Below the pieces are notes generated by a model, which was given only the letters and a program-made list of their open reading frames with translations, had not been told where the DNA came from and did not search any database. The position numbers and the translations under genes were made by a program. A DNA stretch of 64,000 nucleotides, taken from Antedon mediterranea. Taxonomy: Eukaryota > Animalia > Echinodermata. The stretch is from positions 5,518,001 through 5,582,000 of the forward strand of contig NC_092680.1 in NCBI RefSeq assembly GCF_964355755.1. The letters are read 5' to 3'. Each line of letters begins with the position of its first letter. The stretch's first letter is position 1. Below are positions 62,189 through 64,000 of this stretch, piece by piece.

Positions 62189-64000
62189 ATGGAAAGATAT
62201 TGCTGGTGTGGGAAAATTAGATACTTGTTGCTTTGTATTCTCATACAATCTTGTTGCTTTTCTTTTGGATTCAGTAAAATTATAATACATCCAGCAGAAC
62301 AGCATGTTTTTGTCGGAGAAAATGCGATAGTTGAATGCAATAATCATCACGACGAGAAACAGTTTTGGAAATGGTATAGCGTGACCGAAAACAATCTCAA
62401 CGCCAAATTAATATGGAATGAACGTTCGAATGTTATTAAACAAAGTAGGTTTAACTTTGAAGTTTATGAGCAAAGGAAAAGTAGTTCCAGTAGACTGACG
62501 ATAATGGGTGTTACAGTTGCTGACCAGGCTAAATACATCTGTTCACATGGAACTTTTTTAGCAATTGCTAACATTTCAGTGACCATTGGTAAACGATTGG
62601 ACTCCAATTATCCAGAGTGCAAAACACACTTCTCAGAAGTCAACACAGAGAAAAAAGTACAGATGAATTGCACTGCAAATGGCGGCGAACCAAGACCAAC
62701 ATTAAAATGGTACAGAAACGGTGAAAAATTAAAAGAATTTGATAAATTTCTTCTTTCTAATGGGACTTGCACGAATAATGTTGAATATTTATTGACACCT
62801 AATGACGAAGGGGCTGTGTTCACATGTAGAGCAGAAGGCGTGGCAGCAGATGACAATCATAGTTGTTCCATTTCTTTAGAAACTCTTCCAACGGTCACCA
62901 TTATTGCAACTGAAACATCCTTCACTGTTGGTAACTCAATGGGGTTCACATGTATGGTAATGAGCCCGTGGACCGTCACAAGCTACAGGTGGACGTTTGA
63001 TAATCAGATGGTGCAGTTATCAAATCCAGAATTTAGACATGATATTAATAATAGTATGTTAGTTAAATTGAATTTACAAGAAGACGATGAAGCTAAAGAA
63101 ATTGAATGCATTGCGATGACGGCCTCTGGGTTAAATGCTAGCGATTCTGTGCAAATTTCACTTGCACATAAAAGTCGCAAAATTGTTTTAAAAGCGGTTG
63201 CAGGAATAGTAACTCTGTTATGGGCGTGTATTATCATATTGGTTATAATAAAGAGAAATCCAATTAAATCATTAGTTACTAATTGTAATGTATCTACAAG
63301 GGATAGGCATACTGTTATAAATGATGTATCATCACCGTCCAAAACAAGCAGCAACTCTATACATAACGATATAAAATCGCAATCAGAAGAGTCAAATAGT
63401 TTTCCTATTAGAAGAAATATTGAACAAGAAAGTGTTTCATTCGATACTAATGCTGACTCTTTCGACACTTATGGAAGTATTAGTAATTTACAAGATTTGG
63501 ATTCACAGGAACGCGAACATGTTTGTAACAAGCAAACCGTTACAGGAAGTGACGATGTTCTTGACTCTCACGATACGTATGTATCGATGTTAGCCCGACC
63601 TCATAAACCACATAGAAGAACTTATTTCGTTGATTTAAATTCAAAACCAATAAAAGAAACCCACGGAACACCATCAGTTAGTAAGTTAGTCCATTCTAGA
63701 ACTATATATGCAAAACCACTGAATATGACGCAACACCGACGTTCACGATCGTCTGGGACACTGGCCGATTTTAGATATCTTTATGCAAAACCAAATAAAA
63801 AAACTAAACGACACGATAAACCACACTTGTATAGAATACATGGTTATAAAGCTATCTATGCAACGCCTACTATACGTCCCAAATCAATACATCAATCACT
63901 CGAAGATATTTCAAAAGTAACTAAAAATGACTCGTATAAAAACCGGTTGGGATCAGTTGATAATTTGTACGCCCAGCTTAACAGTAATTCCTTAGGAATG
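62189..64000 (+). CDS. IgSF receptor 8, divergent member with a long Tyr-rich tail (3' end beyond the window)
   Basis: Translated by hand; absent from the ORF track because no stop falls in the window. Leader MERYCWCGKIRYLLLCILIQSCCFSFG, V (VEC..WKWY..RLTIMGVTVADQAKYIC), YPECK..NCTANGGEPRPTLKWYRNG..FTCRAEG, FTCMVMSPW, TM AVAGIVTLLWACIIILVII, tail DTYGSI, DTYVSM, TIYAKP, YLYAKP, AIYATP, NLYAQL. An in-frame upstream ATG at 62078 is possible. Confidence 0.85.
   Translation, partial: MERYCWCGKIRYLLLCILIQSCCFSFGFSKIIIHPAEQHVFVGENAIVECNNHHDEKQFWKWYSVTENNLNAKLIWNERSNVIKQSRFNFEVYEQRKSSSSRLTIMGVTVADQAKYICSHGTFLAIANISVTIGKRLDSNYPECKTHFSEVNTEKKVQMNCTANGGEPRPTLKWYRNGEKLKEFDKFLLSNGTCTNNVEYLLTPNDEGAVFTCRAEGVAADDNHSCSISLETLPTVTIIATETSFTVGNSMGFTCMVMSPWTVTSYRWTFDNQMVQLSNPEFRHDINNSMLVKLNLQEDDEAKEIECIAMTASGLNASDSVQISLAHKSRKIVLKAVAGIVTLLWACIIILVIIKRNPIKSLVTNCNVSTRDRHTVINDVSSPSKTSSNSIHNDIKSQSEESNSFPIRRNIEQESVSFDTNADSFDTYGSISNLQDLDSQEREHVCNKQTVTGSDDVLDSHDTYVSMLARPHKPHRRTYFVDLNSKPIKETHGTPSVSKLVHSRTIYAKPLNMTQHRRSRSSGTLADFRYLYAKPNKKTKRHDKPHLYRIHGYKAIYATPTIRPKSIHQSLEDISKVTKNDSYKNRLGSVDNLYAQLNSNSLGM

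Noticed and set aside
38582-63468. Minus-strand ORFs overlapping the Ig genes (e.g. 38582, 43851, 56477, 59329, 63004)
   Set aside because: Antisense shadows recurring only because the plus-strand paralogs are similar; no independent motifs.

Overview
AT-rich, intron-containing animal DNA with GT-AG introns; it looks like an invertebrate, but the species cannot be fixed from the sequence. Positions 1-37.6 kb hold a near-identical ~19 kb tandem duplication of a 32-exon alpha-2-macroglobulin-type thioester protein gene (GCGEQ, Asn-type catalytic site). The protein has an unusual Thr-rich mucin-like N-terminus. The two copies are almost identical except in the linker and bait-region exons, which are strongly diverged. 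Copy 1 has a 1-nt frameshift in exon 2. Both copies carry the same Penelope-like retroelement, with a hammerhead-like motif retained in copy 1. Positions 38-64 kb hold a head-to-tail array of at least 8 single-coding-exon Ig-superfamily receptor genes or pseudogenes plus fragments (signal peptide, V, C2, C2/I, TM, cytoplasmic tail). The V domains are hypervariable and there are two tail classes: a short tail with a canonical ITAM (ExxYSEL-x7-YSEL), and a long tail with an ITIM/Grb2-like site plus tandem (E/D/A)(L/I)YAxP repeats. This putative paired, diversifying immune or allorecognition receptor array next to the A2M genes is the best candidate for an undescribed system. All alignments and translations were done by eye.
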